Part shown: piece after piece, positions 26,077 to 38,986 of the stretch
Position numbering within the stretch: position 1 is the first letter of the stretch
Layout: each line of letters starts with the position of its first letter
NCBI GenBank assembly: GCA_051362555.1
Contig: CM120643.1
Location: 19,410,848 to 19,474,847 of the forward strand
From: Lingula anatina
Taxonomy: Eukaryota; Animalia; Brachiopoda
Direction: 5' to 3'
DNA: 64,000 bases
The notes under the pieces: model-generated
Seen by the model: only the letters and a program-made list of their open reading frames with translations
Database searches by the model: none
Told to the model about the DNA's origin: nothing
Made by a program: the position numbers and the translations under genes

Positions 26077-29067
26077 GTAAGTTGTTTCATCTGTCTGCAC
26101 TGTTACGTACTCAGCCTACCCATTCAAAGCAGGCTGTCAAAACGGGTCATAACTTCCCCTGGAACATGCGCTGTCTTTAATTTTATAAAACTTCACTACA
26201 TTCATATGCATGTATGACACAGACATATACAAATACACGCTTAAAATCGCCTTATATAAGTAGAAAGCAATGAGCAAGAACGTTTTCATTATCAGCTAAG
26301 ATCGAGTTAACTGAACCGACTTCAACTCGGCTTCACTTCACACATGTCCTTGTGCTATGTGTTTTTAACTTCGTGAGTGTGTGCGTTCCACTTTAAGCGG
26401 GAAACGCGGTAAAATGTCGAGCCTTAACCTGCATTGTTCACAGTGACAGGTATATCAAATGTGTCACCCGTGCTAACAAGTAGGTGACGGTCACATATTG
26501 GGGCTGGGGGGTCCGTGTGTGGAAATTATGCCGAATTGTCATCTGTTGTCACCCTGAGGGACATGGGTTTGGCTGACTCTGTGTACTACAACATGCTATG
26601 ATAAATGCTTCACCCTGGGTTCCACAGGTTATAGTTTTATTACTAGAGGGGTGAATGGAGAAAATTGAAATAGAGAGGGGGGTACTGCCCATTGTTACTC
26701 GCTGGCACACAGGGAGACCCGCTTGTCTCATTGTTACTGTATAAATCAGAAGTCGCCTTTGTACATAGCCCATGGCCATGTAGCTGATACACAGTAGCAT
26801 GCGTGTATATTATCGACATTTAGATCGTTAAGTATATACTATATGCCTGCATCATGGTCTGTTTACATAATAACGTTGTTACCGGTGAGAGTTCAGAGAA
26901 ACACTAATGCAGCGTCTAACCTGTTCCTGTTATATATATATATCGAAATAATGATGTAACAGTTAGGAAGGCGTACAGATGCGTTCACACGGGCACCAAA
27001 ATAAGACGGGATTCTGCAGAGTCATCGGTCCTTTTTACGGTTACCAACTCTGCAATGGGCAATTCTTAGAAAATACCAGTGTAGGTGGGATACTGCTGGA
27101 CTGGTGGCTGTCGGTTTATAACTGCGATCGCCGTCATATACGAACGTTAAGAAAAACAGCATGATAATAATGTTTGCCTATGGAAGTCCCTATCATGTCA
27201 AGATATCAAAAACTTTGGGACTCACAAATTGGCTTTCTGGCTGTAACCCAAATTAGTCCTCATTTTAAATATTTCAAAATAATTAATGAATCATCCTTTC
27301 TGAAAATGCAAAATCTAAATTCTGTGCTTATAAGGTGAGAAATTACTCTAGCTTTCTTTGTGAAATAAGATAATACCATTGATTTTAGTATCAGGAATTT
27401 ATAATTGGTCGCAAGCAGTGAGACGTGCGCTATACGACACACTAAATGTCACTGTCAACATAATGAGTATACACTGTATAATGATAGGAAAAACTCTAGG
27501 CAAAAAGAATCGGCTTGGTTGTTTATTGTTCTTACTAAAGACTCAATTTGAACTTGGATTGATTTAGCCGGTGGAAAGCGGATGCAATAACATAAACTCA
27601 TTTCAACTTTGCCCGATTTTTTTTGCATGGCATGGACTTTTTAGCTATTTTGGCGTTAATGCTCTTTTGCACAAAGCGAAAATAATTGATGGCAACCTGT
27701 CAAAGTGATTTTAATTAAAATGTAAGGAATGAGTTGGGGCTATTCATACAGTTTATGCTGATTGACACAGAAAATATTTGATTGAAAACACATACCAAAG
27801 TGACTTAATATACAGATCTGTGTAAATAGGGAGAAGACATGGGTGAAGTAGCCACGCTACCATTATCTCTGTAACAATGAGATTTAGGCTAGCAGATAAA
27901 TAAAAACGACTGCTAATTGATTGTATTGCTGACCAAGAGACCACAGAGCCGCAGAGCACATGTGCAAGAAGACCTAGGTTGAGAACAGGTCGACAATGGG
28001 CGGCAAACAGAGCAAAGGGATCCAGTGTTACGAGTACCAAAAAATACATGTTTTACTTGGGGTTGGTTGATATATATGCAGCTGAGTGTGTGTGTGTTTA
28101 TGTGGAGGAGGAGCGGAGGTAGTGGAAAAGAGAAAAAAATGTGATAGATTTTAATAGCATGTACCCTCATTAAATTCAGCGCCTACTCATTAAGAACATG
28201 TCTTTGTATATAAAGTGGAAGATCTGCGCATAACACCTAAGATGTGTATTGGAAAGCGAAGAGTTATTTATAAAATCGAAGATTTGCCGGGTGTAAACAA
28301 CTGGCTGTTTACTGCCGAAATGACGTGGCGAACGACGGTACTCTCTCGCCGTGACGACCAGGGTGTGGCCAGATTGAGGAAGAGTGTCACGACCCGTGCT
28401 CTGACACCCAGGGTACCTGTCAGTTAGAAAAACTTCAAAACAACGGCCCCTGCTTAATCATCAGATCGCGTTCCTTAGCGCTGACCAGTACCGGTGCACG
28501 GACAAGTGAGGTAATAATTAGTGATAAATGACCAATGTCCTACGGCGTCCTGGTGACGGTCACCTTGATCAGGACCCTTCATCAGGGAGGAGCTCAGCCG
28601 TGGTCGAACGGATGGTCACCGCTGCTTTAAGTGGACAGTCTGGTTTCCGCTTGAGTGCTTCAAATATTTCAGTTCATACCTGGTGAAAAATGGTCAAACA
28701 ACATTAATTGTCATTCACTGTTTTCTAATAAAGACAGTATTTTATTATTTTATTCGAGCGCTCATTAAACTATTTTCACTTTCCAAATTAAACAACAACA
28801 GCTTCACCCCAACACTTTCTTTTCACCACATTTTTGATACATTTTCATGTTATTATACGAACTATTTACACTGCAATTTCACAACAGTTAGCTTCCGTCA
28901 GGAAACTGCGGTCTGAAATGCTGATTTCAAGATCTGCTTTGCTCGTTAAGGTCTCAAGAATGTATTATTAGGTGCAATGTTTGGGGGCCAAATGCACAGC
29001 CCCTCGACTAATCGGTTTTTAATGGCCTGCTCCTCTTCTCAAACAAACACTGCATGCAAGCACCCAT

Positions 29068-29109
<42 letters not shown>

Positions 29110-29737
29110 CGGTCCAGATAGTTGGCGTCTCTTGAAGAGCCTCAAGAGTGTTTCTTTTCAGAAGCATTGTTTTTTTGCATCACCTTAGTCAATTGTTGGG
29201 CATAGCAGAATAAATTTCCCCAGTTGGTCGGTATGAATTTTACTTTTTTACCAACGAAATCTTTAAGATCTTCCGGCATGACAGCTCAGAGGCTAGAACC
29301 TGGTAGATCTTTTCTTTCGGTTATACAGCTGGATACAAGAATTTCTCTTACAAACACGACGTAGCATTCACATAGCGTTCTTATAAACTTAAAATAATAA
29401 TTATGCAGCTAGGCAAATAATCAGATTCTTGCTTTTATTGGAGAACAGTCGTTCTATTATCAATGTTATCTCACTTTTGCTTGTACACCTTTATTTGGAC
29501 AATGTTCCAATCAATATAGCCACACAATGTGAGGCATCAACTCCTCAACATCTTTAAATATTTAGAAATAGTTTAGAACCTGATGCTGTCACCCTGCGTT
29601 TAAGTGGGTATAGGGTAGTTTGGGCATATTGAAAGCGACGGATTAGATTCTCCGGTCATCTGTAGAGGATGAAGTTTTGTATAGTCTACATACTGTAATA
29701 AGGCTGTACGTAAAAGGTAATGTCTTCGTGTGTCTAA

Positions 29738-29980
29738 GGGACCATTCCCAGTCCCTATCGTACTAATTGTGGATCGATCTATCTCCAAGGGGATTCTCGC
29801 TAAATTGCAATCAACTTCAGTGGCCCAGATACTGATGCTGCTAGGGGGTAATTAATTATCGTTTAGCAGCCTCAGTGGGCGTGCCAGACATCTAAGCCGC
29901 TTATGCTGAAAGCAGTTAGCGAGAAACCCCTTGGAGATGGATCGATCCTGTTAGATCGGTCTAGGTATGGGAACCCAGTT
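29738..29980. mobile_element. PIF/Harbinger (Tourist-like) MITE, copy 2
   Basis: TAA on both flanks. Long internal inverted repeat GGATCGATCTATCTCCAAGGGGATTCTCGCTAA / TTAGCGAGAAACCCCTTGGAGATGGATCGATCC. Related to 14823-15037. Confidence 0.75.
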
Positions 29981-32900
29981 TAAGCTGCGTCGAAGACAAC
30001 ACTGTACATTGCATATCTGAAGCCAATATCCACGTTCTTAATCCCCGGCATATCCATACGCATTATCCAAGATGAAGCCGATTACAAAATTAAGGCAAAT
30101 GCAAGAATATGGAGAGGAGGGCTTCGAAACCAAAATGTGAATAGCTGGATAAATATATTTGTTTACCGTGCTAACTACAAGAAGCCTGAAATTTACTATT
30201 TGTGTTTTACAAATCTCAAAACCGTTCTGTTATGCAATTTTTGAGAGCATATTTCTCGTGTGACACACAGGTCGGTTGTCTCTTCCGGTTTTAAGACAAC
30301 AATGTCCCGCTATATAGACAGCAATTTGTGGAGCTAATCAGATGTTTGATTGGGGAATTGGAACAAGCACGCTCTCTGCACTTAAAGAGTCAACTACATG
30401 GCGTCTTGTCCAATCTAGATCAAGGACGTTCCTAACATTAAGAACGTAATACAATCTTGCTTGTTATGAATTATAACAACAAAACAGAAGTCATTCTTGC
30501 ATGCGTGTGATATTTTATAAGATACTGATTTTGTCGAAATCGTTATAAGAACGATTTTACAGAAATAATACAGTCGGGGTATATAATAAACATAAACAGG
30601 AGTATTTCATGCCCGGTCGCAATAGAAAAGTACAGATAACGACCTGGGAAAAACAGTAACGAGTCATTTTTAGACCACTGAAGTTTGGGGTTATGTTAGA
30701 TTTGTGAAAACGGCGTGATATCTGTCATTACCAGAATATAACAAAATACTTAAGGGGGCTTTATGAATAACATGACCGTAATAATTCCTAGGTATATAAA
30801 GACGGATTGAAAATAATGGAACTGAAATCGGTGCAGAAACCTCAAAAGGTCTAATGATATGTTTGTCTCCGATCTAACACAAATTATTTCTGAATCATAG
30901 AAAACTAGATCCCCCGATAAGCGTGTTTTCATTCTGACAGCAATCATATCTGGACTCCCCAGAAACGGTTTAAAGATAATGGAAAGAGATTTGACGAAAT
31001 GCAGACCTCATTTATCAACAAGGTCAAACACATTTTATATGTCGATGCTTATGATATAACGGGAAACATTGATTAAAGCCCCTATCAAAGTGGATTTCAT
31101 TTATTATCCTCTATAAGTTATTTTTATCAGTAATATCTTGAAACGAATACATCTGGAAAATTTAAGCTTAACTGACAAACTGAGACAATCGTTTCTAACA
31201 TTGACAAAACTGTGGACCATATCGTAATTGTCTTTGGCGAGTTAGCAGCGCAGTTTATCCAAAAACATTATAACTTTTTATTGACACAAGAGCAATATTA
31301 CAATCGGTTATGAGCTAGATATAAAACTAATACAAATAACCCTTTCTAAGGCGGTCGTGAAAGGCAAAGCTGCGTAGTGTACAATTTTGGGATGTAAAAA
31401 AAGTCAACCCGACCAAGGTGAGCTATCAGATCAGACAACTGTGTAAGCGAGGCTCAAGTACCTCAACTTATCTGTACGTGGAGATTGGGCCAAAACTCGT
31501 AACCTGTCATTTTGGTCTTTTCACCTCTAATCTGGACGATATAATGAATAGCCTCTTTGACATTATCCAACGAAAAACTTCATAATAGTCTCGGTGAAAT
31601 CATCTTTCAAATAAATGCGAGCGGGCTATCTTGTTACGTCAGCACTGTACCACGTGATTATTATCTCGGTAGATGTATAGTTTCAGCGCTGTTATCATAC
31701 AATCATTATAGGAATCATTGTAGAAATATATTCTGGTCCTGACATCAACAAATCTTGATAGCTAGAGCCTTTCTATGAAAAGAAAAATCAGAAAAGATTC
31801 ACATTATTAAAGAGAATGTATTTCTATTATACTAATTTCCTCTATTAAAGAGAATTGCGGAATTTCAAATATGCAAAAATCACTCACTTGCCTTCTTTTT
31901 AAGATCATTTCTGACGATGTTCCAATATCTGAACAGATTTAGTATTATATCAATACATGGAATAGGACGGCAGTATATTTGGAAGATAAATTTGAAAATT
32001 GCTTAATTCCTAAAAGACAATATACCACCCACGAACTGACACGAATACTAGATTTTTTTTCATATTTTGCAATTAGCTAGAGTTATCATAATAGCCTGGA
32101 GGTTTTCTAGAATATAACATAAAAAAAACGTGTCATGTTTTTCGTTAAGGTAAGGCTTCTGTTGCAAACGTGAAGGACTCGTGTTTGCAAGCTCATCTCA
32201 AAGGTTTCCCGAAAATGAAATCTCACTCGTAGGTGTTTTCTCTCAGCCTGGGATTTTATCATAATCTTTATAAATTACTAGATGTTGAATGGTTGCTTAT
32301 TCCAGAGAGTTACGTAAGTGCGCCGTCACTCTCTTAGCTACAAACTTTTTTGCCTATTGTGTGTGGTAGCGTGCGCGTAATTCTTTTCAGAAAAAAAAAT
32401 CCCCTCTTCTAAAATCATTTTAGGATGATATATTCGATCTCCTGATAGCTGTGGATTAGCTCTTAAATATGATTGTGTGGGATTCGTGTTACGTTAAGCC
32501 AGATAAATTGGATACTCTCGTTGTTTTTGTTACCGCACGTGGTCGCGGTGGGTGTAAATGTTACTCCTTAACAACAAATCTCCCATTGCAACATGTCTCA
32601 TATGATTATCGGTCCGTTGTAATAAGGAATGCGTGGCCGCGAAGTCTGCTTTCTGCCGTGTGTGAGAGAAACTGACTGAAACATGTAACTTTATCAGATA
32701 AAGTGGAATCAAGATGATGTATTCATTAATGAAAATGTCAAATGCGCCTGCGCCTACTCTAGGGCGCTCTTCTGGTACTAGGCGAGGCAAAGTTAGACAA
32801 GGTACCAGTTGTTATGGCACAATGCGATGCACATTTATCGGGTAAACGCCTACTTTAGCTACATTTACACACAGGAAGGGGGAAGGTGCCCACAAAGGTT

Positions 32901-33266
32901 TGAGTCGTTGTGCTTGGTTCGAATGAAATTGTGAAAAAACCTGCGTAAACACGACAGTTATTTTACAAGTCTGACTATGATTCTATATGCCTCGTGACAT
33001 GCCTAAATAAAATGTGGAAAAGAGACATGTCACTTATTAAGCAATAAATAAATCGTTCATTCCTGTTTAAGTCTCATTAGAACGTATACAAAGTGCATTT
33101 CACACAAAGTGAATCCCAAACAAATGTTGGAAAATGCGTTTTTATGTACATTAACAGTGAACCCCGGGTTAATGTGTTAAAAATGTTAAGTTGAATAGCT
33201 TTTCAGTAAATTATATCAAGGTAATAATGGGAACTTTATTTTATTTTGTACTTTACCACTCAAAAA

Positions 33267-33383
<117 letters not shown>

Positions 33384-34353
33384 GCGAGTATTTTCTGAAA
33401 ATAACCAAAAAAATAACCGAAATGTCAAATCTGCAACAACTGGAGAGTGACACTTTGAAGAATGACGTCAAATTTGTCGGCTGAACAACTAACCAAGACG
33501 CCATTATAAAAATTAAGTGAAGATGTGGGTTATATACCGGAAAATGAACCCTGCTTGTCAAATACTGGCGTCGAATTCTCTTCATACGAGCACGGTGTTG
33601 CGATCATTCTGAGCATGAAGGTGTTCATGAGGACTTTTCTTCTTTTCCTGCTAGTGCTAGTTTCACCTTCTTCCCCCTCCCCCCCCCTACCGAGTGTCCC
33701 TGAGGAGTCTCACCTATTGCGTTATACATTAAATGTTACTATGGAAACCATCTTAAATAACCCAAATTATCCCGACCTAGTGTACAATCAATGGCAAACT
33801 GGCGGTAGCAGTGCGGCAACGAAAAAAGGCTGACAGAATTTAGCCACGGATGTGTCTTTTCTGGTTGTTTTCTCTAGAATTCTTTCGAATTATGGTATAT
33901 CGTATCCACCATGATTTGCGTATTCATTTTGTATTGCTTTCTCAACCGGTGCGTACAGTTTCACCCTTATCACTGAAAAGTTAGCGCCCACCTCACGCAG
34001 ATTCTCGCACGGTTTTAGTCTCTTATGACGTCACCTAGTGTCAACAGCCTTGTTTTAGCTATTTCGGATAAATTTCCATGACGGGGTTGGTATCTAGGGC
34101 CAAGGTCCCAATATATCAACCCAAGGTCGCAGCGGTCACACACAGCAAACACAGCATTGGAATCTGTTTGTTCACTCCTCTTTTCTTCTGTCAGACATAC
34201 CTCCATTCTCCACATCAGAGATCAATATTATATATTTCTTTACTTCACGTTCCGTGTATTAGATATACTTTAGCCAGTAGCGTCAAAGTACCGCATGCAT
34301 AATGTGTGAAATCGGGTGTAGCGTTCGTCAAATAGATTCAGTATCACAGGGAC

Positions 34354-34527
34354 GGGGGCGTCTCGATAGTCCGAAGGTTCATTGGTCCGAAGGTTCATTG
34401 GTCCGAAAAGTGGTAACATTTTTATCGATTTTTTAAACAAGGGTTCATTGGTCCGAAGGTTCTATAGTGAACATTCGGACCAATGAACCTTCGGACTATT
34501 GAACCTTCGGACTATCGCTACGGCCCC
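34354..34527. mobile_element. MITE with tandem 16-bp subterminal repeats and an 8-9 bp TSD (Merlin- or MULE-like)
   Basis: Left arm GGGGGCGTCTCGATAGTCCGAAGGTTCATTGGTCCGAAGG, right arm CCTTCGGACTATCGCTACGGCCCC. Unit GGTCCGAAGGTTCATT is repeated and inverted. Flanking direct repeat (C)ACAGGGAC. Confidence 0.85.
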
Positions 34528-34949
34528 ACAGGGACAATGGGTGTTATTGAACGAGACTTGTTGGACATTGATAGTCTTAGTTGTGTCTGTGGTGTGAGTG
34601 CTTGAATGTCTCATTCCCCTCTGTCTCTCCCCCTCCCCCCTCCCCTTCCCCCTCGACGCCATATTTCTGCTCTCAGCCAACAAAAACCTGTTTTGAATTT
34701 AATTGTTAGCCAAATTAGAACTCATAACAATGGGAAATTGAGCATAATTTCCCAAAAGAAAAAAAAAGAATGTGAACCTGAAATGCATGATGGCCAGCGG
34801 GGCAAGATCCGTAAAACTGAGACACTGCGCGAGGTAGTGAAGTCAACGATGAGCACACCAAGTGTGCAACTAGTGTAATTTTAAAAGTCTATCTCAGCTT
34901 GCGACAAAGCGAGCATTGCGTTATTAACAGTATGAACAGATCAGAGTTG

Positions 34950-35403
34950 CACATTTGAGCATCGCGTGTTCATTAACAGTAGAGATTGAAAGAGGCAGAT
35001 ATACCCACCCCAAAACAAAAATTGAGGACAGAAAGTGTCCTCACTGTAATGCAATGGAAGATGAAGCTCACTTTTTTCTTGAGTGTACTACTTATAATCT
35101 AGACAGAGAAACATTATTTGCTGCCTTACCAGAGGTAAATGTGCAGGGTCTAGCAGACGATACACTATCCGCCCTATTAAATGTGTCAAATGAGAGAGGT
35201 GTGTCCGCACTTGTAAAGTTTATAAACAGTGCTATGAGAAAACGGAAGCTATCCAAATTGAGATAACACCTGGTATTATACTTTAACTTTATTATTACTA
35301 TATACATGTATTTAAACTTAAGTATATTATAATTAGTAGTGTAGAGAGCCTATAAATGTACACTCATTTCATGTGCTCAATAAATTATTATTATTATTAT
35401 ATT
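34950..35403 (+). mobile_element. 5'-truncated non-LTR retrotransposon (LINE) 3' fragment
   Basis: ORF fragment VEIERGRY...RKCPHCNAMEDEAHFFLEC is the typical C-terminal CCHC-like region of LINE ORF2 (CR1/L2/RTE-X-type clades). It is followed by a short 3' UTR, AATAAA and an (ATT)n tail ending near 35403. Confidence 0.8.
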
Positions 35404-36400
35404 AAGCTGGCGTTCTTTTATTTGTGCCATGTGTGTTAAACCTGGTGGGATTAGTTGATTGTGTAGCACTGAATTCTTTTTTACTGTACAGCATAATAAT
35501 CTAGGCTGTGCTTCATATGCAGTGGGATGGCGGCTGATATTTTCACATTATTTTATAGACAATTGCATAAAAATTACAAGATAGGATTAAGGATATATAT
35601 TTAAGAGTTAACATGATGTAAATGTGCAAATGTAGGAAGCTTTGACTGTATCACAATATCGCCAGGTTCACTGGAAGAAAAAGGGCGTGGCGTTTCCTTC
35701 ATCCCTGCAAAAAGTCCATCACTCGCATACCTCACCGGTACTCGCTACCAGGACAACAGATTGATTTTTCACAGATATTCACAGATATGTCTCTAGATAG
35801 ATAGACAGTCATTTTGGTCTGGGTCTGGATTTTTCCGTTTTTCCCTATATAATCTGCCACCCTGGTAGAGGGTACCTCACCGGCAGGTTACAGTGACACC
35901 TAAACCCTGTGTATGTCACCCCTGTGTGAGAGACATGTCACTTTGTTTGGAGCCTTGATGTCTAATTCTTTACCTCAGCGTGAAGTAGTCTTCTTGTCTC
36001 AGACAAGTCCCCCGACCTCTGACCCCCAGGGCCAGGTCGCGTCTCAAAAAGCACAACACTATAGACAGGAAATGTCTTTGTTGTGAATCGATGTAATATA
36101 AAGAAAAGAACATTTAGCGGGGACAGGATTATAGAAAAGACAGAGTAAAGAATAATGGGTTTATGAGGAAGAAGTGTCAAGGTGAGATGCATGGTCTTAA
36201 TATCACACAAAGCGTCAGTCTACTACCTTTTTAGGGAGACCTTTGTGATATATGAGAGGATTTCCGTTCGTACATAGTGAAAAAGGCGTGTGCTTTTTTC
36301 TTACCCGCCCCAGTATTTTATCCGGGTATTTATGATTGTGCACGGTGGAATAATATGAAATTTGAGAGGAATAATGGTTTCCATCTATACCCTTTTCTGT

Positions 36401-36407
<7 letters not shown>

Positions 36408-36456
<49 letters not shown>
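36408..36456. repeat. (CT)n microsatellite
   Basis: Direct observation. Confidence 0.95.
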
Positions 36457-36458
<2 letters not shown>

Positions 36459-38986
36459 GTTATAATTATTTTTTATCTTTCTTTGGTTATTATCTCCATA
36501 GTTTTCTTGACACGGAATATGACCATATCAACGCACCAATTAATCGGAATCTCTCACACAATCTCTCTGATCTACTGTGTGACGTCATATCTCGTAGTTT
36601 CACGATGACGAAGTGTGACCTCATCAAGATAAAATATCTGCTATCTCTTGCTCCTTTTACCCCCCCCCCCCTCCCCCCGCTCTCCATCTCTTTCAAAATA
36701 ATTCGTCACAATGAATATGGTGATGGTAAAATTCCTAATAATGGGAATTTATTTTGGAGTAGTTGTACATACCACTTTGTACACGGAACAGCAAAGGAAA
36801 AATGGCATCATATATCGCGTAAAGAGTACACGAAAAAACTTTTCCTCACCCCCCCCCCACACACACACGCACACACTCACGCAACTGATGAGAGATGAGA
36901 AATATGATATGACAGACAAGAAAGTTACATTTTAGCAATCCATCTCCTCTCCCTACTTCGTTTCAAAGACCAAACGTATTTATACTAGTATTTGTCTTTT
37001 CTCTATCTCTTTCCCGTAGCATCTAGTGGACTAATATATCTCAGATCAACAGACCCCAAACTCGTACACTCGACCCAGCTATAGTCTTCTAGTTAATTTT
37101 CTTCCTCCTGTATAGGTAGTTATTAGAGGTGCAAGACCACAAATTTATCACCCCTCGCGCACCGTTAGAACAAACCCCACGCCCACTGTAATGGATACAC
37201 TTATTTCTGTTTTTCTGAGCTGATTTCCTTGTTTTCTTCATGCCTTGTGTTTTGACTGTTATTTATCAAGCAGTTTGCCTCATAATTGCCTGCGCCCTTG
37301 CGCTTGATGTAGACAAGATACGAAAAAAAATTGGTCCCATTTAAAGGCACTCATTATTTGCCCTTTGATGCTATCCATCTAATTTAATTTTTTCATGAAG
37401 ACACGACATTTTTTCATTGCCCTTTGCCTTCCTCCTTCAAAAATATATTTGGATAGTAATATACACGAAAATAAAAAAAATGGTTGATGATCAGGAATAA
37501 GCTTAAAAATGTCCCACCCCCTTTCAAAATCCACTTATCCTCTCCTTTCGTGTAAACATTTTCAAATTAAATTAAAATTCATTTCCTTGTTTATTTCTAA
37601 CTATTCGGCCAACATTATCACTGTTGTTATAAAAACAATTTCGAATTACCCGTGACAAAATAAGATACGCGATATTCGCAATTACCTAGGCAAATTATCA
37701 TTCTCTATGACATCGCTTGTTTCCTTGTCTCAACATCAGCGTATATTCAGTTTGGACAATTAACTCTATCTAGTGTATTTATCCGCTAGTAGGAGTGATA
37801 TTATCAAGGTACTCCCTCAGGTAGCACGAGTGCGAGAGAGGGAGCCTCTTCTACAGGCTTACAGCGGTGGCTTGTCCCTCAAACCTTTCGCTCATTTTGA
37901 TGCTCACTCTTCGTTTTTTGCTATTGATAACTTTCTGCAGTTTTTGAAGCCTCGAAAGTGTAAAGTCGAAGTCGTGTCGAAGTTGAAGAGAAGCTATAAT
38001 GAAAGACCTTCAAAGAAAGCACCGCCGAAGATACTCCATTATTCTGGCATGATTCTTCATGTAGTCTAATTGCTAAAAAGTTATCCAGGTAAAAACTTTG
38101 AACCATAAAAGATGATGCTTCACAAAAAAATTAATAACCCCCCCCCCAAAAAAAAAAAAAATTAACAAATCAAAATAAATTAAAATAAATGATCATAAGC
38201 CATTTATGAAATTAGAATGTAACGGCGAGCTCGTGGCTGAGGGGGGTAGGGGAACGCTATGATAACCGGTCGGTACATGACAAATCGGGAGGATTCGCTC
38301 GACTGCGTCTGTTGGGTAATTAAAGCTAGGTATGTCGAGCATTAACTCTGATAAAGTTTCCACAAACTTATTATCTTCCTCCACCTGGTTTAACTGAAGT
38401 ATATCTGCATATTATCGCAAGGAGATTTTCCAGTTCGGACTGATGAGGGCCAGATAGTGCGCTATCATTTTATCCACTTGTTCTATTGAAATCATCACAA
38501 TAAGCCTTAAAGAGAAGAAAACGACGGAGGAACTGGATGTAAACTTGGGTCATTTTTGTTCACTTCTGTGTATTGAATCCGACACAATAACAAGAGGAGA
38601 TAGGGAGAGAGAGTGACTAATATGAGCGAAGACTTTACAGCGCATGAGCGAACGCTGCTGTCAATTTTAATCACTCAAGATATCGATATGAACGGAGTGA
38701 GACATCGATAGAAGAAGAGAGAGGAACGACAGGTGTAAATCGGCGTGAAGAGCTTTCACCTCCACTTGGAATGCACTCTGACTTCCCCGAGGAAAAAATA
38801 GATCAGCGGGCGGGAACGCCGAAGGAGCTCTTCTTTTTTTAAAGCATGAGTGTTCGCTTACGGGATAATTCCCACACTATTTGTTTTTGACTCAACTGGA
38901 GTCATTTGAATATTTTGTTATTATACATCTGTGAAGTCAAGATTGACTAGAGAATTGTTCGGACACCGAGGAATGCACACGTCAAA

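Noticed and set aside
34367-34515. Regular short repeats suggesting an array
   Set aside because: The units are inverted about a centre and bounded by a TSD, so this is a MITE.
34955-35266. 103-aa Cys/His ORF as a host zinc-finger gene
   Set aside because: It matches the C-terminus of LINE ORF2 and is followed by an (ATT)n tail.
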